Source: the human T2T-CHM13v2.0 reference genome, Homo sapiens
DNA length: 64,000 nt
NCBI RefSeq assembly: GCF_009914755.1
Contig: NC_060929.1
Direction: 5' to 3' (one strand)
Part shown: in pieces, positions 13,405 through 27,311 of the stretch
Layout: every line of letters starts with the position of its first letter
Numbering within the stretch: the first letter of the stretch is position 1
Notes under the pieces: generated by a model
Seen by the model: the letters and a program-made list of their open reading frames with translations, nothing else
The model's database searches: none
What the model was told of the DNA's origin: nothing
Translations under genes and position numbers: made by a program

Positions 13405-13605
13405 AGAGCACAAGTTTGGCCTCAAATAGACCTGAGCTGAGATCCAATTCTTTAATTTATCTGTGTTGTTTTCTTTTTCCTTAGCTTTAAAGTGGAAAAA
13501 ATGCTACTTACATTTTATTTATGAAGGTTAAAGATAAAGTGTCTGATATGGGACCTATCATATGTGGTAGGCACTTAGTACATGGTAGCAATTATGATTA
13601 TTATA
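13405..13605 (+). mobile_element. MIR SINE
   Basis: tcaaatagacctgagctgagatcc...gaaggttaaagataa...tggtaggcacttagtacatggtagcaattatgattatta. Confidence 0.6.
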
Positions 13606-13759
13606 TCTGATATTAGCATTATTATTATGATTTGTTTTAATCTTCAAAGTATCAACTGTTTCTATTACATTTGTGGTAAATACTCCTAAACAGAGTTTTT
13701 AAGTTCAAGTGTCCAAAGTTGTTAGAAACAAAGATATTTGACAATAACATAATCATATC

Positions 13760-13874
13760 ACATGACCTCATGATTTAACCACCTCCCAAAGTTGCCACCT
13801 CCTAATATTATCACCTTGGGGGTGAGGTTTCAACATATGAATTTTAGAGGAACATAAACATTCAGACCATAGCA
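13760..13874 (-). mobile_element. MaLR LTR fragment (MLT1A/MST-like 5' end)
   Basis: ctcatgatttaaccacctcccaaag...tttcaacatatgaattttagaggaacataaacattcagaccatagca. Confidence 0.75.
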
Positions 13875-15868
13875 ATAATGAAGATAAAGAGTTTATTCAT
13901 AGATAAATGTTAAGAAGTAGATACTGTTTGTTAGGAGAAGTGTCCACAGTTAGGGAGAAGTTAGATGTCTGGTGTCATCTTTGATTTTTGTGTTTCTTCC
14001 GGAACCCTGTTGCCTGGCTTCCTACACTATTTCTTGTGTCTTTTTCTTGTAGCTAAACTTGAACATTTTTTCCTTGAGTACCATTTTACAATCAACTGTG
14101 CTTTTATGCAGTGGACTTTCACTGAATGTCCCCTATTGGAAATTTTAACAACAATTTAACAACTATTTATTTGATACTTTCTGTATAACCAATATTATTG
14201 AACATCCTAGGAACACATACATAAATAAAACTTGATCTCTGCTTTCAGAAAAGTTGATCTATTTGGAAAGATATCAAGAAAATAAACAACCTCAACATTA
14301 TCACATGGTTTTATAATAACATAATTTCTTAGGGGTTCTGTGGTTGGGGCAGGAAACACCAGGAACTGTCTTGGAGGAAGCTGAAGTTTTTTTGCAGTCT
14401 TTATGAATGAAAAGTTTATAAGAAGGACAAGTATAGAACTAGAGTTTCTGGAATTGGGAACATCATAAATAAAAGTACAGATGCAGAATATCACCAGGTA
14501 ATATGTGGAAAACTGAAATTGGCTTGTAAATTATAGGGTTGGGGGTAGTAATTGATAAAGCCATAGAGATGCACAGATGCCCCATGTGAGAGGGTCCTGT
14601 GTAGAAGGCTGAAGTGCATGCATTTCATCTCAAAGACAATGAGAAGCTCCTGCAAGGGCTGTTTAAGTGAAGAATAATGTGCCATTTAGAGTTTATAAGT
14701 ACTGAGTAGCAGTCATTCACAATTCAAACCAATTCTGATTCATACTAACAAAATTGAGAGTTCAGAAGTAATTTGGCAAACATAGAAAGACGTATTCAAA
14801 GTCAAGATTCAATTCTCCACATGTATCCCATTCCATTCGCTCAAGCCCTGGATCCCTGAGAGAAATCCAGTGAAACTGCCCTTCACTAAGGATTTGAGAA
14901 ATACAGTGTTGAGGAAATCACATGGTCTTTTTATAATAGTGATTTACTCATTGTTTTCTCCAAGGTAGAAATGCTGGTGGCAAACACTATGAATAAAATG
15001 GGTTGTTACTTTGGTGTTTACCAAAGAGAAGGGCCTAAGACAAATGCTGTTATTAGGGAATGCAAACCAGGAAAGTAGGGGTAAGACAGAAAAGGAGGGA
15101 GAACAAATATCTGAGTGTTAATAACAGGCTGGCAGTAAAACTGATAGCTGGATCTTGTAGGAGTATGCTGTCAACTACATCTCAGGACAGTACATCTTGG
15201 AGGATGAAAGAAGAATTTATTCATCAACTACTGTCTCCATTGTATTCTCATTGTGTGTCCCTAACACTATCTACTTGGGTTTGCATCTTAAAATCCACCA
15301 GGGAAGCCCTGGGTGGGAAATGAAGCATATGTAGGGTAATGGCATGAGGGAATGTACTATTGGGTTATACTTACATGAAGTCAATAGAACCCATACAGAT
15401 TGAGCCACTTCTATTGTGGCCAGGTGTGGGTGGTGGTGATCAACAGCCCTGAGGTTGAGACAAATCTGAAGACTCTCATATAGACACCCTATGGTCAATG
15501 GGGATGAAACAATCACAGTGTGCAGAGACTGTGTTGGAGCACATTCGTCTTCAATAGCTAAGTGGATGTGGTGTTTAAAGCAGAGGGTAGGACTGGCATT
15601 ACCATCACATCTCTGTGGTTTGTAGGATCTGCTGAGTTCTTTCACACTGGCTAGTTGGTAGTAAGGTATCTAGGATTGTTTCTGATAGTCCTTATGTTCT
15701 TCTTCAGTTGTTTAAATATAGGAATTCCAGCTGTCACGCATAGAGATCTGACTTGAGTAAACATGATCGAGATTATATACACCTTTTCCCAGTATCAGAT
15801 GAAGGCTCAGGGTGGTCATAGACATAGACACTTTGAAGGAAAAAAAACCAATTGGGTTTCCTGAAACA

Positions 15869-18800
15869 GGGCTTCATGATGGCTGAGTAGAGGCATTCAG
15901 TACTTCCCTCCCTCACAAAAAACAAAATTGTGAGGAGATCATTATACTTCAAATAGAACATCTAAGAGAGAACGATGCTGGAATTAAACAGAGAAGTGAC
16001 AGGAAACACCTAAGGCAAGAAAGGAGAGGAAAGTGAGGAAATCTGCCCACCTAGGATCAGCCAGGAATCTGGAGAGGCTTCCGATCCAGGGAAAGAGTAA
16101 ATGAGTGACCTTCAGTGGTTCATATTTCCACCACAGACTCTTGTAAACCTTGCCACAAAAGAAACTGTCAACCCATACGGGCCCTGAGACTAAGATAGGT
16201 GGCTTCCTGTAGTCAGGAGCATCACGGATTGCTCCAAAGAGGGATCTCACACCAGGTTCCACACCTGCCTCCTGAGTCCTGAGAAGCTATAGAAAGGCAC
16301 TATTTTGAGATCCCAGCCCCTACCAAATTGCATCTTACCCTGGGGCCCAATAGCCCTTCATCTCCACATCCTTGGAGCCCAATTACCACCACTGAAAGCA
16401 ACCCCACCTTCCCCAGCAGCAAGACTGAAGCATAGCCAGTGCCACCCAATCTGAACAATCAACCAGGAGCCTAGGGATCACCCCACCCTTGCCTACCACA
16501 GCCAGCACCCACATGTCCCACTGGAGAAACTGAGGACTGGTCTCCTGACCTGGTTTCCATCATCCCCCACCCAGCATCAGACTCCTAGGTGTTACCCTAC
16601 TTATTCACTACAATTGGCAACTTAGCACTCCCCATGAGGGCCTGATGATGGGCCCAACCAACCTGTTGCTACCACAATAGCTGGCACCCACCCTCATGCA
16701 CCACATCCAGGCCTAGGAACTGACATGCACAGCTCATTGCAGTCACTGCTAACACCAATGTGGACCCCTTGGGAACCAGAAGATTGTTCAATAATTGCTA
16801 CTGCCATTTCCCATGTCATGTCTAATATTCAAGAACCTAAGGACCTTCTCACTCAGCCAACTTCTGCCACTCCTCAGCACCTAAACAAGCTGCCTGGAGG
16901 CCCAGGAATTAGACTGCCTTGATTCAATAACATGAGTGACAGCAAGTGCCACCTTGGGGCCTTAGGACAGCCAGGCTTGGGCCCCACTGGGCCACCACCG
17001 GGACCTGAGGACTGGTCAACTGATGTCCCTGTCCCCAGCAAAAGTTTACCCCTAGAAACCACGCCCTAAGTCATTGAGGAAATCAAAGACACCACTGACA
17101 CTTTTTACAGCCAAATAAATCATGTGGAGACTACACTACAGCACAAACCCAGAATAAAAGCCAAAGTGCCCTACCCACCATAGTTACATCTTCAGGAAAA
17201 AGTTATCCTATAAGAAAGAAAACTTTAAAAACTGAAAAAAATTACACCAGATGCACAGGTATGAATGTAAGCACAAAAGAAACATGAAAAAACAAGAAAA
17301 TATGATACCTCCAAAGAAACACAATGATTCTGCAACGAGATTCCAATGAAAAAGAAATGTATAAAATCCTAGATAGATAATTCAAAATAATGATAATAAA
17401 GAAGCTCAGTGAATTGCAAGAGAATATAAAAAAATACAAAGAAATCAGGAAAAAATCAGGCTATTAATGAAAAATTTACCAAAGAGAGGGATATTATTTT
17501 TAAAAACTCAGAAATTCTAAAACTGGAGAATTAACTAAATGAAATACAAAATACATTTGAGAGCTTTAACAATAGACTAACTCAAGTAGAAGAAAGAATT
17601 TAGAAACTTAAGAACAGGTCTTTTGAAATTACCTAGTCACACAAAAATAAAGAAATAAGAATAAAAAAGAATGAATAAAGCTTTACATGACATATAGGAT
17701 GCCAAATGTGACAAAATATTCCCTTTTTTTTTGGTGTCCCAGAAGGCAAAGAGAAAAATGAAAGGAAGAAAAAAACCTACATAATAAGATAATAGATAAA
17801 AACTTGCCAAGTCTAGCAACAGATTTAGATATCCAGATACAGGAAGCTCTCAGATTCCCCCCAAAAGGATACAATTCAAAAAGTTCTCCAGCGCACATTG
17901 TAGTCAAACTGTCAAAAATCAAAGACAGAAAAAATTTGCAAAACACCAAGAGAAAATTGTCTAGTCACTTATAAAGTAACCCCCAACAGATTAACAGCAA
18001 AATTCTAACCAGAAACTTTAAAACCCATGAGAGAATGAGATGATGTATTCAAAGTGCTGAAAGTAAAAGAAAAAGGAAGCAGCCAAGTTTCTCTTTATAA
18101 ATGAAAAAGGAATAAAATCTTTTTCGATAAACAAAAGCTGTGGGAATTCATCACCACTAGACCAGTTCTACAATAAATACTCAAGAGAGTCCTACAGGTG
18201 GAAGTGAAGGAATAATATTTACCATCATGAAAACACACAAAAACATAAAACCCACTAGGTAGAGCAAAAACACAAATGAGGAAGATAAAGGACTCAGATG
18301 TTATCACTACAGAAAACTACCAAACCACAATGATAAACAATAAGAGATAAAGGGACAAAAGATACATAAAACAGCCAGAATCAATTAATAAAAGGACAGA
18401 ATAAGACCTCACATGAAAAGGGATTACACTTTCCACTTAAATGATACAGACTAGCTGAATGGATTAAAACAAACAAAACCAAATGACCCAACTATATGTT
18501 GCTTACAAGAAACTCATCTCACCTGTAATGGCACATTTAGGCTGAAAGTAAAGGGATGAAAAAGGACATTGCATGCCAATAGAAACCAAAAAGGAGCAGG
18601 AACAGCTATATTTATATCAGATGAAACAGAATTTAAGTCAAAAACAGTAAAAAGAGGCAAAAAGGTCATTATGTAAAGATAAAAGGATCAATTCAGCAAG
18701 AAGTTTTTAACAATTTTAAACATATATGGTCCCTGTACGAGAGCACTCAGATATATAAAGCAAATATTAGATCTAAAGGGAGAGACAGACCCAACACAAT

Positions 18801-21800
18801 AATAGTTGAGGATTTCAATGTCCCACTGTCAGCATTGGACCGATCATTAAAATAGAAAGCTAACAAACAGTAAATTTAAACTGCGCTTTAGACCAAATGG
18901 ATCTAACAAACATTTATGGAACATTTCACTTAATAGCTACAGAATATACATTCCTCTCATAGCACATGAAACATGCTCCTGGATAGACCATATGTTAGGA
19001 CACAAAATAAGTCTCAACAAATTTTTTAAAGATCAAAATTATGCCAATATTTTCTCATACCACCATGGAATAGAATTATAAGTCAATGACAATAGGAATT
19101 TTGGAAACTGTAAAAATTCATGAAAATTAAACAACATGCTCCTGAATGACCATTAGGTCAAGGAAAAAATTAAGAGTTTTTTTTTAATTTATTGAAACAT
19201 GAGAAATGAAATATAACATACTAAAACCTATGACATACAGCGAAAGCAGGGCTAAGAGGCAAGTTTATAACAACAAGCATCTACATGAAAAAGGGGGAAA
19301 GAATTCAAATAAGCAATCTAACAGTGTACCTCAAAGAACCAGAAAAGTAATAATACAAAACCAAACCCAAAATTAGTAGAAGGAAAGAAATAATGAAGAT
19401 CAGAAAAGAGCCAAATGAAATAGAGACTAAAGTAAAAAACAAAACAAAACAAAAACAAAGTATCACCAAAATGAAAAATTGTTTCTTTGAAAAGTTAAAC
19501 TTCTAGCTAGACTAACCAATGAAAGGAGAAGAACCAAATAAAATCATTAATGAAAAAGGTGATTATGACAATTGATGCCACCAAAATATAAATGATAAGC
19601 AGGGACTGTTATGAACAACTATATGCTAATTAACTAGAAAACCTAAGCTGGGCGCGGTGGCTCAGGCCTGTAATCCCAGCACTTTGGGAGGCCGAGGTGG
19701 GCAGATCACAAGGTCAAGAGATCGAAACCATCCTGGCCAAAATGGTGAAACCCCATCTTTACTAAAAATACAAAAATTAGCTGGGCGTGGTGGCATGCGC
19801 CTATAGTCCCAGCTACTCAGAAGGCTGAGGCAGGAGAATCGCTTGAACTCGGGAGGTGGAGGTTGCAGTCAGCCAAGATTGCACCATTGCACTCCAGCCT
19901 GGGCAACAGAGTGAGACTCCTTTTCAAAAAAAAAAAAAAAAAAAAACCTAGAGGAAATGAATACATTCCTGGATACATACAGCTTACTAAGATTGAATCA
20001 GAAAGATATAGGAAACCTGTACAGAACAATAACATATATTGAGATAAGACAGCAATAAAAAGTCTCCCAAGAAATTAAAGTCCAAGCCCAGATGGCTTCA
20101 CCGCTGAATTCTACCAAAATTACGAAGAAGAACTAACATGAATTCTTTTCAAACTACTCAAGAAGTTGAAAAAGAGATTATTCTTTTTAACCCATTCTAC
20201 AAGGCCAGCATTACCAAATCCAGACAAGGATTTGGTACCAAAGCCAGACAAGAGCAGAACAAAAAAAGGCAAACTTCAGGCCATGTCCCTGATTAATACA
20301 GATGCAAAAATCATTAACAAAATACTAGCAAATTTAATCCAACAGCACATCAAAAAGATCAATTGCAATTTATCTCAGGAGTGCAAGGATGATTCAATAT
20401 ATGTAAAACAATACATGTAATCTGTCACATCAACAGAATGAAGAACAAAAACCATATGGTCATCTTGATAGATGCAGAAGAAACATTTGATAAAATTCAA
20501 TATTCATTCATGACAAAAACTCTCAACAAACAAGGCATAGAAGGAACATACATCAAATGAGGGCTATGTGATGTAACTATATGATCAACCAACAGCTAAT
20601 TTTACACTGAAAGGAGAAAAGCTGAAAGCCTTTTCTCTAGAACTTGGAACAAGTTGAGGATGTCTATGCCTATTTTCACCACTTCTATTCAATGTAGTAC
20701 TGGAAGTCCTAGCCAGACTAATCAGGCAAGAGAAAGAAATAAAAGGCATCCAAATTGGAAAAGGAAGTCAAATTTTACCTCTCTGCTGATCATATGATCT
20801 TATATTTAAAAATACCTAAAGAGATCACCAAAACACTCTTGGATCTGATAAATCAATTCAGTAAATTTGCGGGATACAAAGTCAACATGCAAAACTCAGT
20901 AACATTTCTATACACCAACAATGAACTAGATGATAAAGAAATAAAAAAGACAGTCACATTTATAACAGCTACAAAACAATACCTAGCAATAAATTTAACC
21001 AAGGAGGTGAAAGACCTCTGGAAGGAAAACTACAAAACTTCAATGAACAAAATTGAAGAGGACAAAAACAAGTGGAAAGATATCATGTGCTCATGGATTG
21101 GAAGAATTCACATAGTTAAAATGACCATACTACTTAATCAATATACAGATTCAATGCAATCCCTATCAAAATCCCAATGTCATTTTTCACAGACATAGAA
21201 AAACAATCTTAAAACTTGTATGAAAACAAGAAAGAGCAATCCTGTAGGAAAAAAGCAATCTTGAAGAGGAAAAAATAACCTGGAGATATCACATTATCTA
21301 ACCTCAAAATACATCACAAGGCTATAATAACCAAAACAGCATGTTATTGTTATAAACAAAGAAACAGAATGAACATCATAGAAATAATCACAAAAATAAA
21401 TCCATGCATTTGTAGCCAACTCATTTTCAACAAAGGCACCAAAAATATCCATTGGAGATGAAACAACCTCTTCAATAAATGGTTCTGGGATAACTGGATT
21501 GCCAAATGCAGAATAATGAAACTGGCCCCTATTTCTCGCCATATACAGAAATCAACTCATGATGGATTAAAGACTTAACATAAGACCTGAAACTACAAAA
21601 CTAATAGAGGAAAACAGGAAAAACACTTCAGGACATTGGTCTAGGCAAAGATTTTAGGGATAAGACCTCAAAAGCACAGGCAACAAAAATAAAGATAAAT
21701 AAATGGGACTATACTAAATGAAAAAGCTTCTGCACAGCAAAATAGAAAATCAACAGAGTGAAGAAACAACCCGTTGAATGGAAGAAAATATTTGCAAACT

Positions 21801-22866
21801 CTTTACCTGACAAAGCACCAATATACAGATATACAAGAAATTCAACTCAATAGTAAAAAAAAAAAAAAAAAAAATCCCATTTAAAAGTGGGCAAAGGACA
21901 TGAATAGATGTTTCTCAAGAGAAGACCTACAAATGACAATGGATATGTTTAAAAAAATATGCTCAGCATCACTAATCATCAGGAACATGCAAATCAAAAC
22001 CATAGTGAGATATCATCTTATCTCAGTTAGAATGGCTATTACTAAAAACACAAAAGTAGGAGATGCTGGTGAGGATGTGGAGAAAACGGGACTCACATAC
22101 TGTTGCTGGCAATGTAAGTTAGTACAGACATTATGAAAAATAGTATGGAGATTTCTCAAAAAAATAAAAATAGAACTGTCATATACTCCAGCAATCCTGC
22201 TACTGGGTATTTATCCAAAGGAAAAGAAATCAGTGTTTTAAAAAGGTGCATGCACTTCTATGTTTATTGCAGCACTATTCACAGTATCAAAGACATGAAA
22301 TCAATCTTGGTGTTCATCAGTGAACTAATGGATGAAGAAAACGTGGAATATAAACACAGTAGAATACTATTCAGCCATAAAAGGGAATGAAGTCCTGTCA
22401 TTTGCAGCAACATAGATGGAACTAGAAGTTATTATGTTACATGAAATAAGCCAGGTGTAGAAAGACAAATATGACATGTTCTCACTTATATGTGAGGTCT
22501 AAAAAATTGATCTCATGGAGGAAGAGAGTAGAATAATAGATATCAGAGGCTAGGAAGGGTGTGTGAGTGGGGTGGGGGGATGAAGACAGGTTAGTTAATG
22601 GGTACAAATATACAGTTAAAAAGAAGGGATACATTCAAATGTTTAATAGCATAGTAGGGTGATGATAGTTAACAACATTGTATTGCATATTTCAAAATAT
22701 CTAGTAAGAGAGGACTTGAAATGTACCCAACACATAAATTGATACTATTAAGTAATGGATACCCTAAATACCCTGACTCCATCACTATACATTCTATGCA
22801 TGTAACAAAATATCACATGTACCCCATGAATATGCACAAACATTATATCAAAAACAAAGACAAAAC
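15869..22866 (+). mobile_element. Near-full-length dead L1 (L1MA4/L1MA4A-like): 5'UTR, ORF1, ORF2 and 3'UTR, interrupted by an Alu
   Basis: ORF2 remnants ([41 protein letters not shown]). Endonuclease CCLQETHL-type sequence near 18500. L1MA-type 3'UTR ending ...tgtaacaaaatatcacatgtacccc plus an A-rich tail. Many stops and frameshifts. Confidence 0.93.
19646..19946 (+). mobile_element. AluSc-like element inserted in L1 ORF2
   Basis: gatcacaaggtcaagagatcgaaacc diagnostic. Flanked by AAAACCTA on both sides. Confidence 0.93.
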
Positions 22867-23234
22867 ATAACTGTATTTATTTAGGGAAGGATCATGTTAT
22901 AATAAGACAAGAACATCAAAGGGACCTTCCGTTTAGTCTTCCCCATATGACTCAGAGTCATGTGCATAGATGATGAGTAGCGGTGAATGAAAAACACCTA
23001 GGATTTTCAGGAGTGATTGGTGTTGGCTCTGAGGTAACATTAATTTCACAGGACTCAGAATTTCAATAGATCCATGGAATTTTGACTTCAGTCCAAATTA
23101 CAGAAAGTCAACAGAGACCTTGAGTATATTTACGGTCATCATCCCAGGTACATAATGGTTGGGATAGATGTCCTTCACACCAAGCAGAATCTCAGCAATA
23201 GTCAACATTTCAATCACTCTCTTGTGAATTCTCC

Positions 23235-23652
<418 letters not shown>

Positions 23653-23680
23653 TAACCACAAAACAGATCACCTATTAGGG

Positions 23681-23682
<2 letters not shown>

Positions 23683-23714
<32 letters not shown>
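23683..23714. repeat. (AC)16 microsatellite
   Basis: Direct reading. Confidence 0.95.
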
Positions 23715-23716
<2 letters not shown>

Positions 23717-24573
23717 CAACCCCAATGTCAATGTACATAGTCTTCAATCCTGTATTGCTTCAGACAGTTTGCTCTCACACTTTTCACAGCAACAACTTCA
23801 AATCTTTCCTACTCTTCTCAAAGCTCTAATAGCCCATTTCAAGCTCCCTATTCTGGGAAGAGAGCCTTGCCTCCTTCTTGAATGAGTAAACACGAGTTAT
23901 TAGGTGGGAATTCTGTCAATTTTCCCCCAAAAATATACAGATTGAAGTGTGTCTATAGTCACAGTCCTCTTTTCATTTTATGTTACAATGCAGGAAGTGT
24001 CCCTTCAGATTTCAAAAGGTAATTTTTGAATTTTTGAATTCCATGTATGCTCGGAATTCTGATTTCCAGAAATCTTACAATTCTTTTATCTTCCATATGT
24101 TCCCCACTTTTTCCCTCTCAGACCCTGCTCTAATATCTCCTGTAACCAGGAATACTTTCCTGGATTCAATATTATCCTCAGGCTATGCTATCTACAGCCC
24201 TTCTCTCACTCTGTTCACAGTTACAAGTATCTAAAGGGGTCTTTAAAAAGGCAAGAGATGCAAATATTAGAAGGAAGGAATAAAGATATAGCCTCAACTT
24301 TCTAATCCAAATGTACATGCGGTATGAGCAGCCTCATTGAAAACATGTCAAGGGAGTGTCCTTAGCAGAGAACCTGGTCAAAACATAGGATTAGCATTCA
24401 GGAAAGAAGCTCAGAATTTATTGGGGCTTTATGATCTTGCCAGAGAAATTTTAGCGAGCACAATGGTGGGGTATAGTAGGAAGGGAAGAAAGTGAGCAAG
24501 AGAAAAAGAGAGAAGAGAGGAATTTGTTGTATGTTAAAAGCACACAGTGAGTTGTGGAGATGATATTGGTAAA

Positions 24574-24730
24574 GCAGTGTTTCCCAAACTTTCCTATGCA
24601 TAAAATTCAACTGCACCCAGGTGAAAATACATTTCTCCAGTTTTCATCCCAGGTATGATCCCCAGAACAAGAAATTTGAACTTTTAACAACCACCGTGGG
24701 TGACTTTTTTGATGAGGCAAATATGAGAGG
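24574..24730. mobile_element. MER5-type hAT-Charlie DNA transposon remnant
   Basis: cagtgtttcccaaactt...ttttaacaaccaccgtgggtgact. Confidence 0.55.
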
Positions 24731-25612
24731 GGTGCATTCTTAGAGGGTCCTCAGAGGGTGTGTGTGTGTGTATTTATGTGCATAGATGCTAGTACTTAGC
24801 TGTTAAACAAAGATAATGGACATGGAGAATTTGGGTTCTAACAGTTTCTTGGAGCTCCATGGATCTTTGGACCACACAGACTTACCTGTGGCTTGAATGG
24901 TTAATTGTCTGATAAGTGTGTCCCTTAGGTGTTCCTTTCGGTGTTTAAAGCTGGCATCTGTGGTTGTTGTATCAGCAATCAGCACAATGAGGCAAGTGAG
25001 GATGAGGTCCTAGCTATATTATGACCATGGTTATGTGGCTTAGAGGATTGAAGCCTCAAAGACTTGAGTCAGTTTCAGTCCAGCAGTGGTGTTCTTAGGG
25101 AGTATCTGGCTGACATTCTTGGCTGGCTTCAGCACATGGCTTTTTATTATGTTCAGCCAAAACTGTGTCATAAGGGTGAACCAGAGCAGTGGGGTCAGGG
25201 GGCAAGATGAGAAGGAGAGTCAAGAAATATCTAAGCAGTAACTGTGAGAGGAGTTTGTGATTGATTATAAGGGAGAGACAGAAAGATAAACGAGCTTTCT
25301 GCCTTAGAGACTAGGTAACTGATGATGCTGTGGATGAACAGAACAGAAAATGTAGGATAAAGAGCTGGTTTTCTAGGGTAGAAAAGCTCACTTTTGCATC
25401 CCTGGAGTTGAAGGTGCCTATGCTACATTCACACGGGAATGTTCAATGTTACGTATTTATGGAACTCAGTAAAGAGAAATGGGTGGAAGGTCCAGGATCC
25501 ATAATGTGATGGTTAATTTTATGTGCCAAGTTGGTTGGGCCACAGTGCCCAGATATTTGGTTAAACATTATTATGGATGTTTCTGGGAAGGTGTCTTTTG
25601 AATGAGATTTAC

Positions 25613-25922
25613 CAGTGGTCCCCAAACATCTTGGCACCAGGAATCAGTTTTGTGGAAGACAATTTTTCCATGGCTGGGGTGGGTGATGGTTTTGAGATCA
25701 GGCTTAAGATTCTCATAATGAGACACAACCTAGATTCCACATATGTGTAATTCACAATAGGGTTCGTGCTCCATGGAGAATCTAATGCTGTAGCTGATCT
25801 GAAAGGAGGTGGAGTTCAGGTGGTAATGCTCACTTGTCCGCAGGTCACCTCCTGCTATGCAGCTGGGTTCCTAACAGGCCATAGTCCAGTATGGATCCAT
25901 GGACCAGGGTTGGAGACCTCTG
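25613..25922. mobile_element. MER1B-like hAT-Charlie element
   Basis: TIRs cagtggtccccaa and ttggagacctctg. Internal ttcacaatagggttcgtgctcc..gagaatctaatgc. Confidence 0.85.
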
Positions 25923-26164
25923 AGATGATTGTTTAGACCAGTGGACTTTAAGCAGATTATGATCTTTAATGTGAGTGGTCTCATCTACTCCATTGAGGGT
26001 CTTAATAGAACAAAGACTAATATCACCTGGTCAAGAAGGAATTCTGCCACCTGTCTGCCTTCAGGCTTAGACTGTGACTCTTCTTGCATCTCCAGATTAG
26101 TGACCTACCCTGCAGATTTTGAACCTGCACTTCCACAAATACATAAGCTGATTACTTGAAATAA

Positions 26165-26190
26165 TCTCTCTCTCTCTCTCTCTCTCTCTC
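26165..26190. repeat. (TC)13 microsatellite within the MLT2 LTR
   Basis: Direct reading. Confidence 0.95.
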
Positions 26191-26361
26191 AGTAGATTTA
26201 TACATATAGGACTGTAATACATATGGTATATAACCTCAGAGAGAGGGCTGGGGAGAGGAGAAAGAGATAGGAGGGAGGAAGGGAGAGAGAGAGAGATTTA
26301 AATATACACACACAGAGTCCTGAGTGGCTTAACACTGGGGATATATTCTGAGAAATGGTTT

Positions 26362-26663
26362 TGATACGGTTTTTCTGTATCCCCACCCAAATTTCACCTT
26401 AAATTCCCATGGGTTGTGGGAGGGACCCGGTGGGAGGTAATTGAATCATGGGGGCAAGTCTTTCACGTTCTGTTCTCATGATAGTAAGTAAATCTCACAA
26501 GATCTGATGGTTTTATAAAGAGAAGTTCCTCTGCATAAGCTCTCTCTTTTTGCCTGCCACCATCCATGTAAGAAGTGACTTGCTCCTCCTTGCTTTCTGC
26601 CATGACTGTGAGGCCTCCCTAGCCATGTCTCAGGTATGCAGCAGTGTGAAAACGGGCTCATAA
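26362..26663 (+). mobile_element. THE1A/THE1B-like MaLR solo LTR with an internal 3' deletion
   Basis: tgatacggttt..gtatccccacccaaat...gtgggagggacccggtgggaggtaattgaatcatggggg...tgtgaggcctccctagccatgt|ctcaggtatg. Lacks the ggaactgt..attaaacctcttt segment. Confidence 0.92.
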
Positions 26664-26767
26664 TGTTCATTGTGTGAACATCAAAGAGTGTACTTACATA
26701 AACCTAGAGGGTATGCCTACTACATGCCCAGGCTACATGAGATAATATATCTCCTATTAAAAAAAAA

Positions 26768-26870
26768 TATATATATATATATATATCCTATTGATATATA
26801 TATATATCCTATTGATATATATATATATCCTATTGATATATATATATATATCTCCTATATATATATCTCC
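26768..26870. repeat. TA-rich minisatellite, about 21-bp unit (TA)nTCCTATTGA x3 plus variants
   Basis: Direct reading. It produces the IYIYPID repeat in ORF 26670..26933. Confidence 0.9.
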
Positions 26871-26956
26871 TGTACACATGGTACTGTACTGAATACTATA
26901 GAAAATTTAACACAATGGTATTTGTGTATCTAAACATATCTAAACAGAAAAGGTAG

Positions 26957-27311
<355 letters not shown>

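Noticed and set aside
14820-15650. Possible old ERVL-type LTR (LTR16/LTR33-like) or exon
   Set aside because: It is too diverged to assign by eye and needs a Dfam search.
20166-22390. Several RT-like ORFs on the + strand
   Set aside because: They are fragments of the disrupted L1MA ORF2, and the element is not retrotransposition-competent.
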